In this document: piece after piece, positions 50,746 to 59,506 of the stretch
Layout: every line of letters begins with the position of its first letter
How positions within the stretch are numbered: position 1 is the stretch's first letter
Source: an uncultured Chloroflexia bacterium
GTDB taxonomy: Bacteria; Chloroflexota; Limnocylindria; Limnocylindrales; CSP1-4
Assembly (NCBI GenBank): GCA_963712745.1
Contig: CAVQJC010000006.1
Coordinates: forward strand, 1-64,000
DNA length: 64,000 bases
Direction: 5' to 3'
The notes under the pieces: model-generated
Told to the model about the DNA's origin: nothing
The model's database searches: none
Seen by the model: only the letters and a program-made list of their open reading frames with translations
Translations under genes and position numbers: made by a program

Positions 50746-52262
50746 ATGGACCGACGAGCTGAGATGAACGTGATCGAGCTCGAGGATCGACTCGCGGCGC
50801 TGGAGTCGGCGAGAGCGTGGAGTCCCAGGGTCGTGTCTCGCCTCGAGTCACGGATCCACGACCGTGACGACCTGGCGCTCTTCCGCATCAACCCGCTGGC
50901 CTACGCCGCGGAAAGCGGGGCCCAGGAGACCGAGGCGGTCGACCTCTTCCTGCATGCGGCCCATGTCGGCCTCTTCGAGATGGAGTGGAACATCGTCTGC
51001 GCGTCGTGCGGCAACACGGCGCGCAGCTTTCGCAGCCTCGAGAAGATGGACTCGCACTTCGACTGCTCGTTGTGCCAGTTCGAGGTCGCGGCCGAGCTCG
51101 ACGACTACATCCAGGTCGCGTTCACCATCGCACCGAGCGTGCGCCGCATCGTCTACCACGAGCCCTCGTCCCTGGAAGTGACGGAGCTCCTCTTCGACTG
51201 GCACTTCAGCCATGATGTCCGCCCCACCATCGACGGCAAGACCTACCCCCAGCTGCTGCGCGAATGGACCCGCTACGCGGGATACCTCGCGGCCGGCGAG
51301 GTCTTGCAGCTCGAGCTGGAGCTGCAACCCGACGCCGTCAGCGTGCGGGATGTGCTCCACGCAGCGACGGCACTGTACATGGTGCCGCCGGCCGAATCTG
51401 GTGAGGAGACGACCAGGGTGGAGCTGTCGTTGAGCGACGGGCGGCTGGTCGACGCTGATCGCGCGCTCGAGCCCCTGACCTACAAGTTCGCCAACGACAC
51501 CGGGCAGCGATATCACTTCCCCGGTGCAGCGACGTTGCCGGCCGGATCCTCGGTGCTGCGCATCACGAACGACATGACCGAGCGCGCCGCCATCTGGGTG
51601 CACGAGTACCCGGCCATCCCCGAGGAGTTCCGGCCGGTCCAGTTCGAGCCGGTCCTCACCGCCAGGCGCTTGCTTAGCACCCAGACGTTCCGGACCCTCT
51701 TCCGCTCACAGACCCTGGCCACCTCGGAGAGCCTGGCGGTCACGGACCTGACCTTCCTGTTCACGGACCTGAGCGACTCGACGCGGATGTACGACCTGGT
51801 CGGGGACGCCACGGCCTACAACCTGGTGCGGCGTCACTTCGACGCCCTTGAAACGGTCATCGCAACGCACGGTGGCGCCATCGTCAAGACGATCGGCGAT
51901 GCCATCATGGCGACCTTCACCGACGCGGCCTCCAGCGTGCGCGCCGCCATCGGCATGAACGACCGCCTCGACGAGTTCGACCGCACCGCCTCCGCCGACC
52001 TGGTGATCAAGGTCGGGCTGCATCGCGGACATGCCATCGCCGTGACCTCCAACGAGCAGATCGATTACTTCGGCCAGACCGTCAACATCGCGGCGCGCAT
52101 CCAGGGACTGGCCGATTCGCGAAGATCTGCCTGAGCGAGGATGTCTACACCGCGGACGGCGTGGCGGACCTGCTGGCGGGGATGTCTGCCGAGCGTGAGG
52201 CCGGCGTGATGAAGGGCGTTGCCGAGGCCATCCCGGTCTACCGAGTCCGGCTGTCCCCTTGA
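50746..52262 (+). CDS. DUF5939 + class III adenylate cyclase (one missing base at ~52122)
   Basis: 'LFRINPL', 'CASC...CSLC', 'FLFTDL', 'VKTIGDA', 'DYFGQTVNIAAR'; shifted frame continues 'ICLSEDV...MKGVAEAIPVYRV' to TGA at 52262. Confidence 0.88.
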
Positions 52263-52999
52263 GCGCCGCGGGGTTCGCCAGCGAGGAAGACCTCTACGCC
52301 CCGGTGAAGGCCTTCCTCGAGGGCCAGGGCTACGAAGTCAAGTCCGAGATCCAAGGCTGCGATCTGGTGGCCCGTCGAGCCGACGAGCCGCCGGTCATCG
52401 TCGAGCTCAAGACCGGTTTCACCCTGCCGCTCGTCCTCCAGGGCATCGACCGACTGGCGCTCACCGAGCAGGTCTACCTGGCGGTGGCCGTGGCCGCACG
52501 GCCGGCCCCGAACTCGCTCTGGCGTCGTGATCGCCGGGGCATCCTGAAGCTCTGTCGCCGCCTGGGCCTGGGCCTCCTGGTGGTCCACGAGCCTGGCGCG
52601 GCCGGTCCGCCCCTGGTGGAGCCGCTGCTGGACCCGACGACCTACCGGCCGCGCACCGACAAGCGGCGGCGCGGGCTCCTGCTCAAGGAGTTCGCGCACC
52701 GCGTCGGCGACCCCAACACCGGTGGCACCAATCGGCGCCCGATCGTCACTGCCTATCGGCAGGCGGCACTACGTTGCGCGGCCTTTCTCGCGGAGCACGG
52801 CGCCACCAAGGCCTCCAGGGTGGCGCGGGCGACGGGGGTGGCCAAGGCGACTGCGATCATGTATGGCGACGTCTACGGCTGGTTCGGGCGGGTCGAGCGT
52901 GGGATCTACACGTTGTCGCCCAAGGGCGAAGCCGCGGTCAAGACCTACGCCGACGTCATCGCCGGTCTGGGTCAAGACGCAGACGAGCCGACCGCCTGA
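52259..52999 (+). CDS. DUF2161 putative PD-(D/E)XK phosphodiesterase/nuclease with C-terminal wHTH
   Basis: 'EEDLYAPVK', 'CDLVA', 'VELK', 'GDPNTGG', 'TAYRQ', 'YGWF..VERGIY'. Confidence 0.85.
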   Translation: MSAAGFASEEDLYAPVKAFLEGQGYEVKSEIQGCDLVARRADEPPVIVELKTGFTLPLVLQGIDRLALTEQVYLAVAVAARPAPNSLWRRDRRGILKLCRRLGLGLLVVHEPGAAGPPLVEPLLDPTTYRPRTDKRRRGLLLKEFAHRVGDPNTGGTNRRPIVTAYRQAALRCAAFLAEHGATKASRVARATGVAKATAIMYGDVYGWFGRVERGIYTLSPKGEAAVKTYADVIAGLGQDADEPTA

Positions 53000-53019
53000 T
53001 CCGCGCTAGGCTGGGCTCG

Positions 53020-53883
53020 ATGGTCCTTATCAGGTCGTTCGCGCTCGGCACCTTCGCGGCCACCATCGCCGTCCTCGTGTGGCTGGGCCTGCCACGACTG
53101 CTCAACGCCCTCGGGCTGCACCGGCCCTATCGGATCCCGCCACTGGACCTGCGTGGGAAGCGCGCGCTGATAGTGACCACCAGCACCAGCACCATGGCTG
53201 AGACGGGCAAGGCCACGGGGGTGTTCGCGTCAGAGATGACCGGGTCCTACTACGCCTTCGCAGACGCCGGCATGGAGGTCGACGTCGCCAGCATCGCAGG
53301 CGGGCCGGTGCCGATCGAGGCGATCTCGCTGCGCTGGCCGCTGGCCACGCCGACCGACCGGCGCTACCAGCAAGATCCCGACTTCCGCGCCAAGACCGGC
53401 CGGTCACTGCCCATCGGGGAAGTGGAGGTCGATGACTACGACATCGTCTTCCTGGCGGGCGGCTGGGGTGCCGCCTACGACCTGGGCCGGTCCGTCGAGT
53501 TGGGCACGAAGGTTTCCGAGGCCTATGCCGGCGGGGCCGTCGTCGGTGGCGTCTGTCACGGCCCGCTCGGATTGCTGAACGTGAACGCGCCCGACGGCTC
53601 CCCACTGCTGAAGGGCCGGCGCGTGACGGCCGTCACCGACAAGCAGATCGCTGAGCTGAGGATCACCCATACGCCCATGCATCCAGAGCGGGACCTGCGC
53701 GCCGCTGGGGTCGTCTTCGAGTCGGAGCGCCGCTTCCAGGATGTGCTGGCGAGCCACGTCGTGAGCGATGGCCGCATCGTTACCGGGCAGAACCAGAACA
53801 GTGCTGTCGAGACCGCGCACAGGATGATGGAGCTGGCAGCGGCCCCGCGGACCGGAGCGCCCACGACCGCAGGGGACCGGTAG
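53020..53883 (+). CDS. DJ-1/PfpI family protein with an N-terminal TM segment
   Basis: 'TGVFASE', 'AGGWGA', 'VCHGP', 'TGQNQNS'. Confidence 0.88.
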   Translation: MVLIRSFALGTFAATIAVLVWLGLPRLLNALGLHRPYRIPPLDLRGKRALIVTTSTSTMAETGKATGVFASEMTGSYYAFADAGMEVDVASIAGGPVPIEAISLRWPLATPTDRRYQQDPDFRAKTGRSLPIGEVEVDDYDIVFLAGGWGAAYDLGRSVELGTKVSEAYAGGAVVGGVCHGPLGLLNVNAPDGSPLLKGRRVTAVTDKQIAELRITHTPMHPERDLRAAGVVFESERRFQDVLASHVVSDGRIVTGQNQNSAVETAHRMMELAAAPRTGAPTTAGDR

Positions 53884-53975
53884 CCCAGATCGTTTGCCAA
53901 CATGGGCCGGACGGATGGCGCAGCGCAGACCGAGTGTGACAAACTGCGCCTACACCCAGAGATAGGGAGAGAACC

Positions 53976-54966
53976 TTGGCGGACGATTACCTCAAGCAGC
54001 TGCTCTCGCGCGACGAGGTCGTGCTCATCGATGCCAGGCAGCACTGGATGGCCGCGATCCGGTTCGCACTCAAGCCCATCCTGCTGATCGGCGGCGTCAT
54101 CCTGCTGTTGATCCTCAACAACATCTTCCAGTTCGACGGGTTCCTGAGTTTCATCAACGACGTCGTCGCCCTCCTGCTGGTCATCGGCATCATCGTGGCG
54201 GTCATCTGGCTGCCGGTCGACCTGGTCCGCTGGCGCAGTCGCAAGTACGTGCTCACGAACCGCCGTGTGATGCGGCTCGATGGCGTCATCAACAAGAACA
54301 GCTTCGACTCGTCGCTCGAGAAGATCAACGACATCGAGTCGAACCAGCCGTTGGTGGGTCGTCTTCTCGGCTACACCAACCTCACCATCTACACCGCCTC
54401 CGATCAGGCCAACGAGCAGTACAACCAGCTCATCGACGGGCTGCAGTTCAAGAAGGCAGTGCTCGACGCCAAGGAAGGAATCCGCGCGCTCGCACCGCTG
54501 ACCGCGTTGCCGGAAGGCTTCGTGGTCCGTGGCGGTACCAACGAGGCTTCCATGCGGGCTGACGGCAAGCTACAGCCTGAGCCTCAGCCACGAGCCCGAG
54601 CCCGAGCCCGAGCCCGAGGAGCCTGCAGCCCCAGTGTCTGCACCAGCCGCGACCGAGCCGGAGCCTGTACCTGAGCCTGTACCGGAGCCCGTACCTGTGC
54701 CGGAGCCAGAGCCGGAGCCCGAGCCCGTACCTGAGCCGGAGCCGGAGCCTGAGCCGGAGCCAGAGCCGGAGCCCGAGCCCGTACCTGAGCCGGAGCCAGA
54801 GCCGGAGCCAGAGCCAGAGCCGGAGCCAGAGCCCGTACCTGAGCCAGAGCCCGTACCTGAACCCGAGCCCGAGCCCGAGCCTATACCCGAGCCGGAGCCT
54901 GAGGAACCTACCTCCGCTGAAGCCAAGCCCGAAGACAGCAGCCCGGACGAAGACACCAAGGCCTGA
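53976..54966 (+). CDS. membrane bPH_2 (bacterial PH) domain protein with a Pro-Glu repeat tail (+1 frameshift at ~54590)
   Basis: 'RQHW', two TM helices, 'YVLTNRRV', 'KINDI', 'GRLLGY'; TTG start after GGGAG. Confidence 0.8.
54576..54903 (+). repeat. (Pro-Glu)n hexamer microsatellite
   Basis: dozens of ccNgag units interrupted by cccgta/cctgta (PV). Confidence 0.95.
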
Positions 54967-55006
54967 TCTCCCCGTGGCACCGTATACGGTGCACAGGAGG
55001 TAGCCC

Positions 55007-55198
55007 ATGCCGCGACGCCCACTCACGACCGATCAGAAGCGTGCGCTGGCGATCACGGTCATCGTGGCCATCGCCGTCGGCGTGCTCATCATCGCGATGT
55101 GGCAGTTGGCGGCGGCACTCGGCATCGGCCTGTGGGCCGTCGTCATCGTCGCCGCTGTCATCGTTGTGGCGATCATCCTGCTCCTGGCCAACGGATAG
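55007..55198 (+). CDS. small two-TM membrane protein
   Basis: strong AGGAGG RBS; basic N-terminus followed by two hydrophobic helices. Confidence 0.7.
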   Translation: MPRRPLTTDQKRALAITVIVAIAVGVLIIAMWQLAAALGIGLWAVVIVAAVIVVAIILLLANG

Positions 55199-55336
55199 GG
55201 GCCTGGGGTCCGCGGTGCGCGGACCTGCCTCAGGGCCGCAGCGGAGCCCGTTCGGCTGCCTCGCGGGCGTGTCCTGGCACACGGCCGGTGTGTGGCCGCA
55301 TCCTCACGATGGAGGGTCTCAGCAGCCAGGAGAACC

Positions 55337-55924
55337 ATGACCGACCATCTCCACTACGACCACCACCACACACATCAGGACCTGGCCGAGCCGCCCGATT
55401 ACGCGAGCTGGGTGAAGTCCCAACGCCTGAGCAAGGACAGCTACTTCAAGCGGGCGGCGCGCAGCCCCATCCCGGCCGGGGAGCGGGCGACGTTCGGAGG
55501 CCTCCACTACTTCCCCGTCGACGCGTCGCTGCGTTTCGAGTTCCTGACGCTGGGCTCACTGCCCGACGGGCTGGAGCCCGAGATCCACGTGCAGACGTCG
55601 GATGGTGCTGTGCGGCATGGTGAGCGCGTGGGCACCTTCGACTTCACCGTCGACGGTGTCGGCTATCAGCTGGTCGCCATGCGACTGGTCGACAGCCTCG
55701 GCGACGAGTTGTTCGTGCCCTTCCGCGACGCGACCAACGGCGCCGAGACCTACGAGGCCGGACGGTATCTCGACCTGGCCCCGCAGGACGACGGCACCTA
55801 CGACCTCGACTTCAATCTTGCCTATGCGCCGTTCTGCGCCTATTCGCCCGCCTACTCGTGTCCATTGCCACCACCGGAGAACTGGCTCACGGTGCGTATC
55901 GAAGCCGGCGAACGCGAAACCTGA
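55337..55924 (+). CDS. DUF1684 protein with a His-rich N-terminus
   Basis: 'SPIP', 'LFVPFRDATNGAETYEAGRYLD', 'DFNLAYAPFCAY', 'CPLPPPENWL'. Confidence 0.92.
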   Translation: MTDHLHYDHHHTHQDLAEPPDYASWVKSQRLSKDSYFKRAARSPIPAGERATFGGLHYFPVDASLRFEFLTLGSLPDGLEPEIHVQTSDGAVRHGERVGTFDFTVDGVGYQLVAMRLVDSLGDELFVPFRDATNGAETYEAGRYLDLAPQDDGTYDLDFNLAYAPFCAYSPAYSCPLPPPENWLTVRIEAGERET

Positions 55925-55978
55925 CACCTTTGCGCCTCGGCGCTATCGTGAGACACCCCACGCCGAGGTACGACACCC

Positions 55979-56446
55979 GTGACACACGAATACGTCATCG
56001 CACTCAACGGTGAGGTCGCTCCCCATGTGCCCGGCCCCGACGGCATTGCGGCCACGGCCGTGGGCTGGGCTGCTGAGGCCGTGCTGGCTGTTGGCTCCGA
56101 CGAGGTGGTAAGACGGATCTCACGCGGCGACTCGACGTTTCTCGATCTCGACGGTTGCGTGGTGACCGCGCTGCCGAACGACCCCGAGCGGGCGGACACC
56201 ATCATCCGCGCCACCACCGATCCGGCGCTCGACATCAGCTCCCTGCTCGTCAGGGAAGGGCTGCTGGGGCCGGATCCCATGCTCGAACCCGGCTCGGCGG
56301 CCGACCTCGCGTTCTGGGGTCTGGGCCCTGACCCGGGCGCTCCGGACGGACGCGTCACCATGCACCTCGTGGCCATGGTGCGCGGCGGCGCCTTCACCGA
56401 GGGTGACGAGCACCGCGGACCGTTCCCCGAACCTGGGCCACGCTAG
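55979..56446 (+). CDS. hypothetical protein resembling only the amidohydrolase beta-sandwich domain
   Basis: 'AVLAVGSD...FLDLDGCVV' and 'LEPGSAADLAFW...AMVRGG'. Confidence 0.6.
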   Translation: MTHEYVIALNGEVAPHVPGPDGIAATAVGWAAEAVLAVGSDEVVRRISRGDSTFLDLDGCVVTALPNDPERADTIIRATTDPALDISSLLVREGLLGPDPMLEPGSAADLAFWGLGPDPGAPDGRVTMHLVAMVRGGAFTEGDEHRGPFPEPGPR

Positions 56447-56740
56447 ACGTCGTCGAGGAAGGCCTCCAGCGTGCGCACACGTTGGGCCACGCCAGCTTCG
56501 ATGATGTCCCAGTCGTCGCTGCTGACGACACGCGGCACGATTTCGAGAGGGATGGGCCGCTCCTCACCGGCGTGGTCGAACGTCACGTCCTGGGCCAGGT
56601 AGTTCGAAGCCAGCGCCTCGGCACGCTGCCGCACATCCTCCTGTGAGAGGCCCTCGATCTCGCGGTAGACGGCCTCGTACGGGGCGCGAGGTCGTCCCTC
56701 GACGTCCATGGCTTCGTCCCAGGCACGGCGGGGTGCGTAG
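56443..56740 (-). pseudogene. truncated N-terminus of a circularly permuted type 2 ATP-grasp protein
   Basis: 'AWDEAMD..GRPRAPY', 'VTF', 'ERPIPLEIVPR', 'GVAQRVRTLEAFLDDV*'. Confidence 0.8.
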
Positions 56741-56793
56741 CTGAGCCAGGGGGTTCTGCGTTCGGCCCGCCCATCGCGACCGAGGGTGGCGGG

Positions 56794-58245
56794 TCAAGCG
56801 AAGAGCGGCAGCGAGGACTCCTCGGCGCAGCGGGCCTCGACGGCCTGCGGGTCGGTCGGCGTCATGGCCGTCAGGTTCTCGATGCCGTCGGCGGTGACCA
56901 GCAGGTCGTCCTCGATGCGCACGCCGATACCAAGGTACTCCGCGGGCACCTCGAACTCGAACGTGCCGGCGCGAGCATCGCGCTGCTCGATCTCGGCCCT
57001 GGCCCCAGCCGCTCCAAGCTCGAAGGCCAGGCGCAGTCGCTCATCGGGATCGTAGGCCGCATGCGAGAGCGTCAAGGTGGCCTTGTCGCGAGCCACGTAG
57101 ATGCCGGGCTCCACGGTCAGCACCATGCCCGGCTCCAGCGGCCGCCCGGCACCACCCTCCAGCCGCGAGGCGCCGGCATCATGCACGTCGATGCCCAGCC
57201 AGTGGCCGGTGCCGTGGAAGAAGAAGCGGCGATACCAGCCCTTCTCGATGACTTCCTCGGCCGAACCGGGCAGCAGCCCCAACTCGACCATCCCCGCCGA
57301 GAGCACCTCCACGGCGCGCGTATTCATGTCGGTGAACGGCAGCCCCGGCCGGCCAAGGCCGATGACCTTGCGCTGGGCATTCAGCACCAGCTCGTAGATG
57401 GCCCGCTGCGGCTCGCTGAAGCGGCCGTTGACCGGGAAGGTGCGGGTGATGTCCGAGGTCAGGTGGTGGAACTCGGCAGCCGCATCGACGAGCAGCAACT
57501 CGCCGTCGACGAGCACACCGTCGTTCGCCACGTAGTGGAGGATGCAGGCGTTGTCGCCGCCGGCCACGATCGAGCCGTAGCCCACGCGTTCCGCGCCCAT
57601 CGCGCCGAAGACGTACTCCAGGGCCGCCTGCACCTGTCGCTCCGTGCGGCCGGGGGCAGCGAAGCGCATGGCCTCGTCGTGAGCCGCGGCGCTGATGCGA
57701 CAGGCTTCGCGCAGCGCCTCGATCTCGGCAGGCGACTTGACCAGCCGCAGCTCGGCCAGGAGCGACCCGATGTCGACGAGCCGGTCGGGCACGCCCATGC
57801 CCGACCGGTCCGCGTAGCCGCGCACCGCGCGAATGGTCCCGAGCACCGCGTCGTCGAGTGGCCCACCGAGCGTGTAGCCGACCGAGCGCCGCCCGGGCAG
57901 GCGAACTCGCAGCCAGTCCTCGAGGTCGTCGATCGGATGCGCCGCATCTGCGCCGTAGCGCTCGACGGCACCTTCCAGTCCGGCCCGCAGGCCGGTCCAC
58001 GCCTCGGCTTCGGGGTCGCGCGGCCGGACGAAGAGCGTGAACGCCCCTTGCGCGGTGGCATCGAGGACGGCCACCGCGTCGGGCTCGTTGAAGCCGGTCA
58101 GGAAATGGAAGTCGGAGGCCTGGCGAAACGGGTGTGGGACATCGTCATTGCGGATCTGCTCCCGCCCAGCGGGGACGATGGCGATGGTCTCGCCCAGCCG
58201 AGCCAGCAGCGCGGCGCGGCGCTCGGCGAAACGGTCGGTGCTCAT
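56794..58245 (-). CDS. pepP: Xaa-Pro aminopeptidase (aminopeptidase P)
   Basis: 'FRQASDF', 'LHY', 'SDITRTFP', 'HGTGHWLGIDVHD', 'TVEPG', 'VRIEDD'. Confidence 0.93.
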   Translation of the reverse strand: MSTDRFAERRAALLARLGETIAIVPAGREQIRNDDVPHPFRQASDFHFLTGFNEPDAVAVLDATAQGAFTLFVRPRDPEAEAWTGLRAGLEGAVERYGADAAHPIDDLEDWLRVRLPGRRSVGYTLGGPLDDAVLGTIRAVRGYADRSGMGVPDRLVDIGSLLAELRLVKSPAEIEALREACRISAAAHDEAMRFAAPGRTERQVQAALEYVFGAMGAERVGYGSIVAGGDNACILHYVANDGVLVDGELLLVDAAAEFHHLTSDITRTFPVNGRFSEPQRAIYELVLNAQRKVIGLGRPGLPFTDMNTRAVEVLSAGMVELGLLPGSAEEVIEKGWYRRFFFHGTGHWLGIDVHDAGASRLEGGAGRPLEPGMVLTVEPGIYVARDKATLTLSHAAYDPDERLRLAFELGAAGARAEIEQRDARAGTFEFEVPAEYLGIGVRIEDDLLVTADGIENLTAMTPTDPQAVEARCAEESSLPLFA

Positions 58246-58278
58246 GGACCGGAGCGTAGCGGCTCGACGGCGAGGCGG

Positions 58279-59406
58279 TCAGCGGATGAGCAGGTCGGCC
58301 ACCGAGGCCGGCCCCAGAGACGTCCCGAACTCCTGCGTCGGCCAGGCACCGGCCAGCGTCAGGATGCGGCCACCCTTCCCCGACGAGAGCGTGGTCTCCT
58401 CCTTCTTGGCACCGGGCAGCGTGATGAACCAGTTGAAGAGGCCGCGCTCGGGCACCGTGTCCGACGGCCGCTCGACATGGGCGATCTCGCACAGCGCGAA
58501 GCCGGTCTGCCCACCCTGCCAGTGATCGCGCCAGGCGCGGGGGTATCCGCGACGGGAGTAGATCTCGCGCTGGCCGTCGAGGATGGTCGAGTAGGCCACG
58601 CCCGGACGGGTCATGGCCACGCTCCAGCCCTCGACCTCGCTGACGACGGCGAAGCGCTCGACCAGCTCGTCATCGGGCTTGCCCAGGCTGACCATGCGCG
58701 TGGCGATGGCGTGCTGGCCCCAGCGGTTGACGGTGGGATGGAGAAGAGCCAGCCGGTCCAGGCGGGCACCCCGGGCCACGGGGTGCCGGTACCGCCCGAT
58801 GCGCTCATCGAAGCCGATCATCATCTCGTCGACGGCCAATCCATCACGCAGGTAGGTGGCGGTCAGCAGTGCGGCTGCGTCGTACTCGGTCGTGCCCGGT
58901 TCCAGCGCCTCCGCAGCAACGCGGCAGCCGGCATCGAGCCGGGCACCGATCCACTCGGCGCGGCGAAGCTCCAGGTCGGTCAGGGGATACTGTGCCTCGC
59001 GCAGATACTCGGCCGCCGGCTCGGTACGCGGCAGGCCGCAGTCGGACAGAACGGGACCCTCCCCTGCCAGCCGGCGGGCCACCGTTTCGGGCGACTCCTC
59101 GTCCCAGTGCTGGGCCACGACCTTGACGTCCTCGGGCAGTTCCTCATCCTGGAAGCGGCGGGCGTCCATGACCCAGGTGACGACTTTGCGCCATTTGCGA
59201 TGGACGACCACGAAGCCCCAGGCACGCTCGCTCGAGATCTGGATGCGCAGGTCGGCGCCGCAGAGGGCCCAGGCCGCGTGACTGGCCTGCCCCAGGATGA
59301 GCGCCTCGGCGGCGGCCTCGTCGAGCAGGGCCTCGAGCTGAGCGAGTCGATGCTCGTGATCGGCAGGGGTCGCGCGCAGGAAGGCCGGGTCGTGCTCTTC
59401 GGTCAT
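58279..59406 (-). CDS. M24 (pita-bread fold) family protein lacking most metal ligands
   Basis: 'PGTTEY', 'YRHP', 'HWQGG', 'GAKKEET'. Confidence 0.78.
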   Translation of the reverse strand: MTEEHDPAFLRATPADHEHRLAQLEALLDEAAAEALILGQASHAAWALCGADLRIQISSERAWGFVVVHRKWRKVVTWVMDARRFQDEELPEDVKVVAQHWDEESPETVARRLAGEGPVLSDCGLPRTEPAAEYLREAQYPLTDLELRRAEWIGARLDAGCRVAAEALEPGTTEYDAAALLTATYLRDGLAVDEMMIGFDERIGRYRHPVARGARLDRLALLHPTVNRWGQHAIATRMVSLGKPDDELVERFAVVSEVEGWSVAMTRPGVAYSTILDGQREIYSRRGYPRAWRDHWQGGQTGFALCEIAHVERPSDTVPERGLFNWFITLPGAKKEETTLSSGKGGRILTLAGAWPTQEFGTSLGPASVADLLIR

Positions 59407-59506
59407 GTCCCGACTGTAGCCGCTGTGGGCTGCGGCACAGACGCCGATCCGGCTGGGACAGACCCTGCCCTGGTCACGCCCGACACCCAGCGGAGGAGAC
59501 TCGCCC

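Noticed and set aside
54448-55026. Gly-Ser and Leu-Arg repeat ORFs on the minus strand
   Set aside because: Reverse-complement readings of the Pro-Glu tract.
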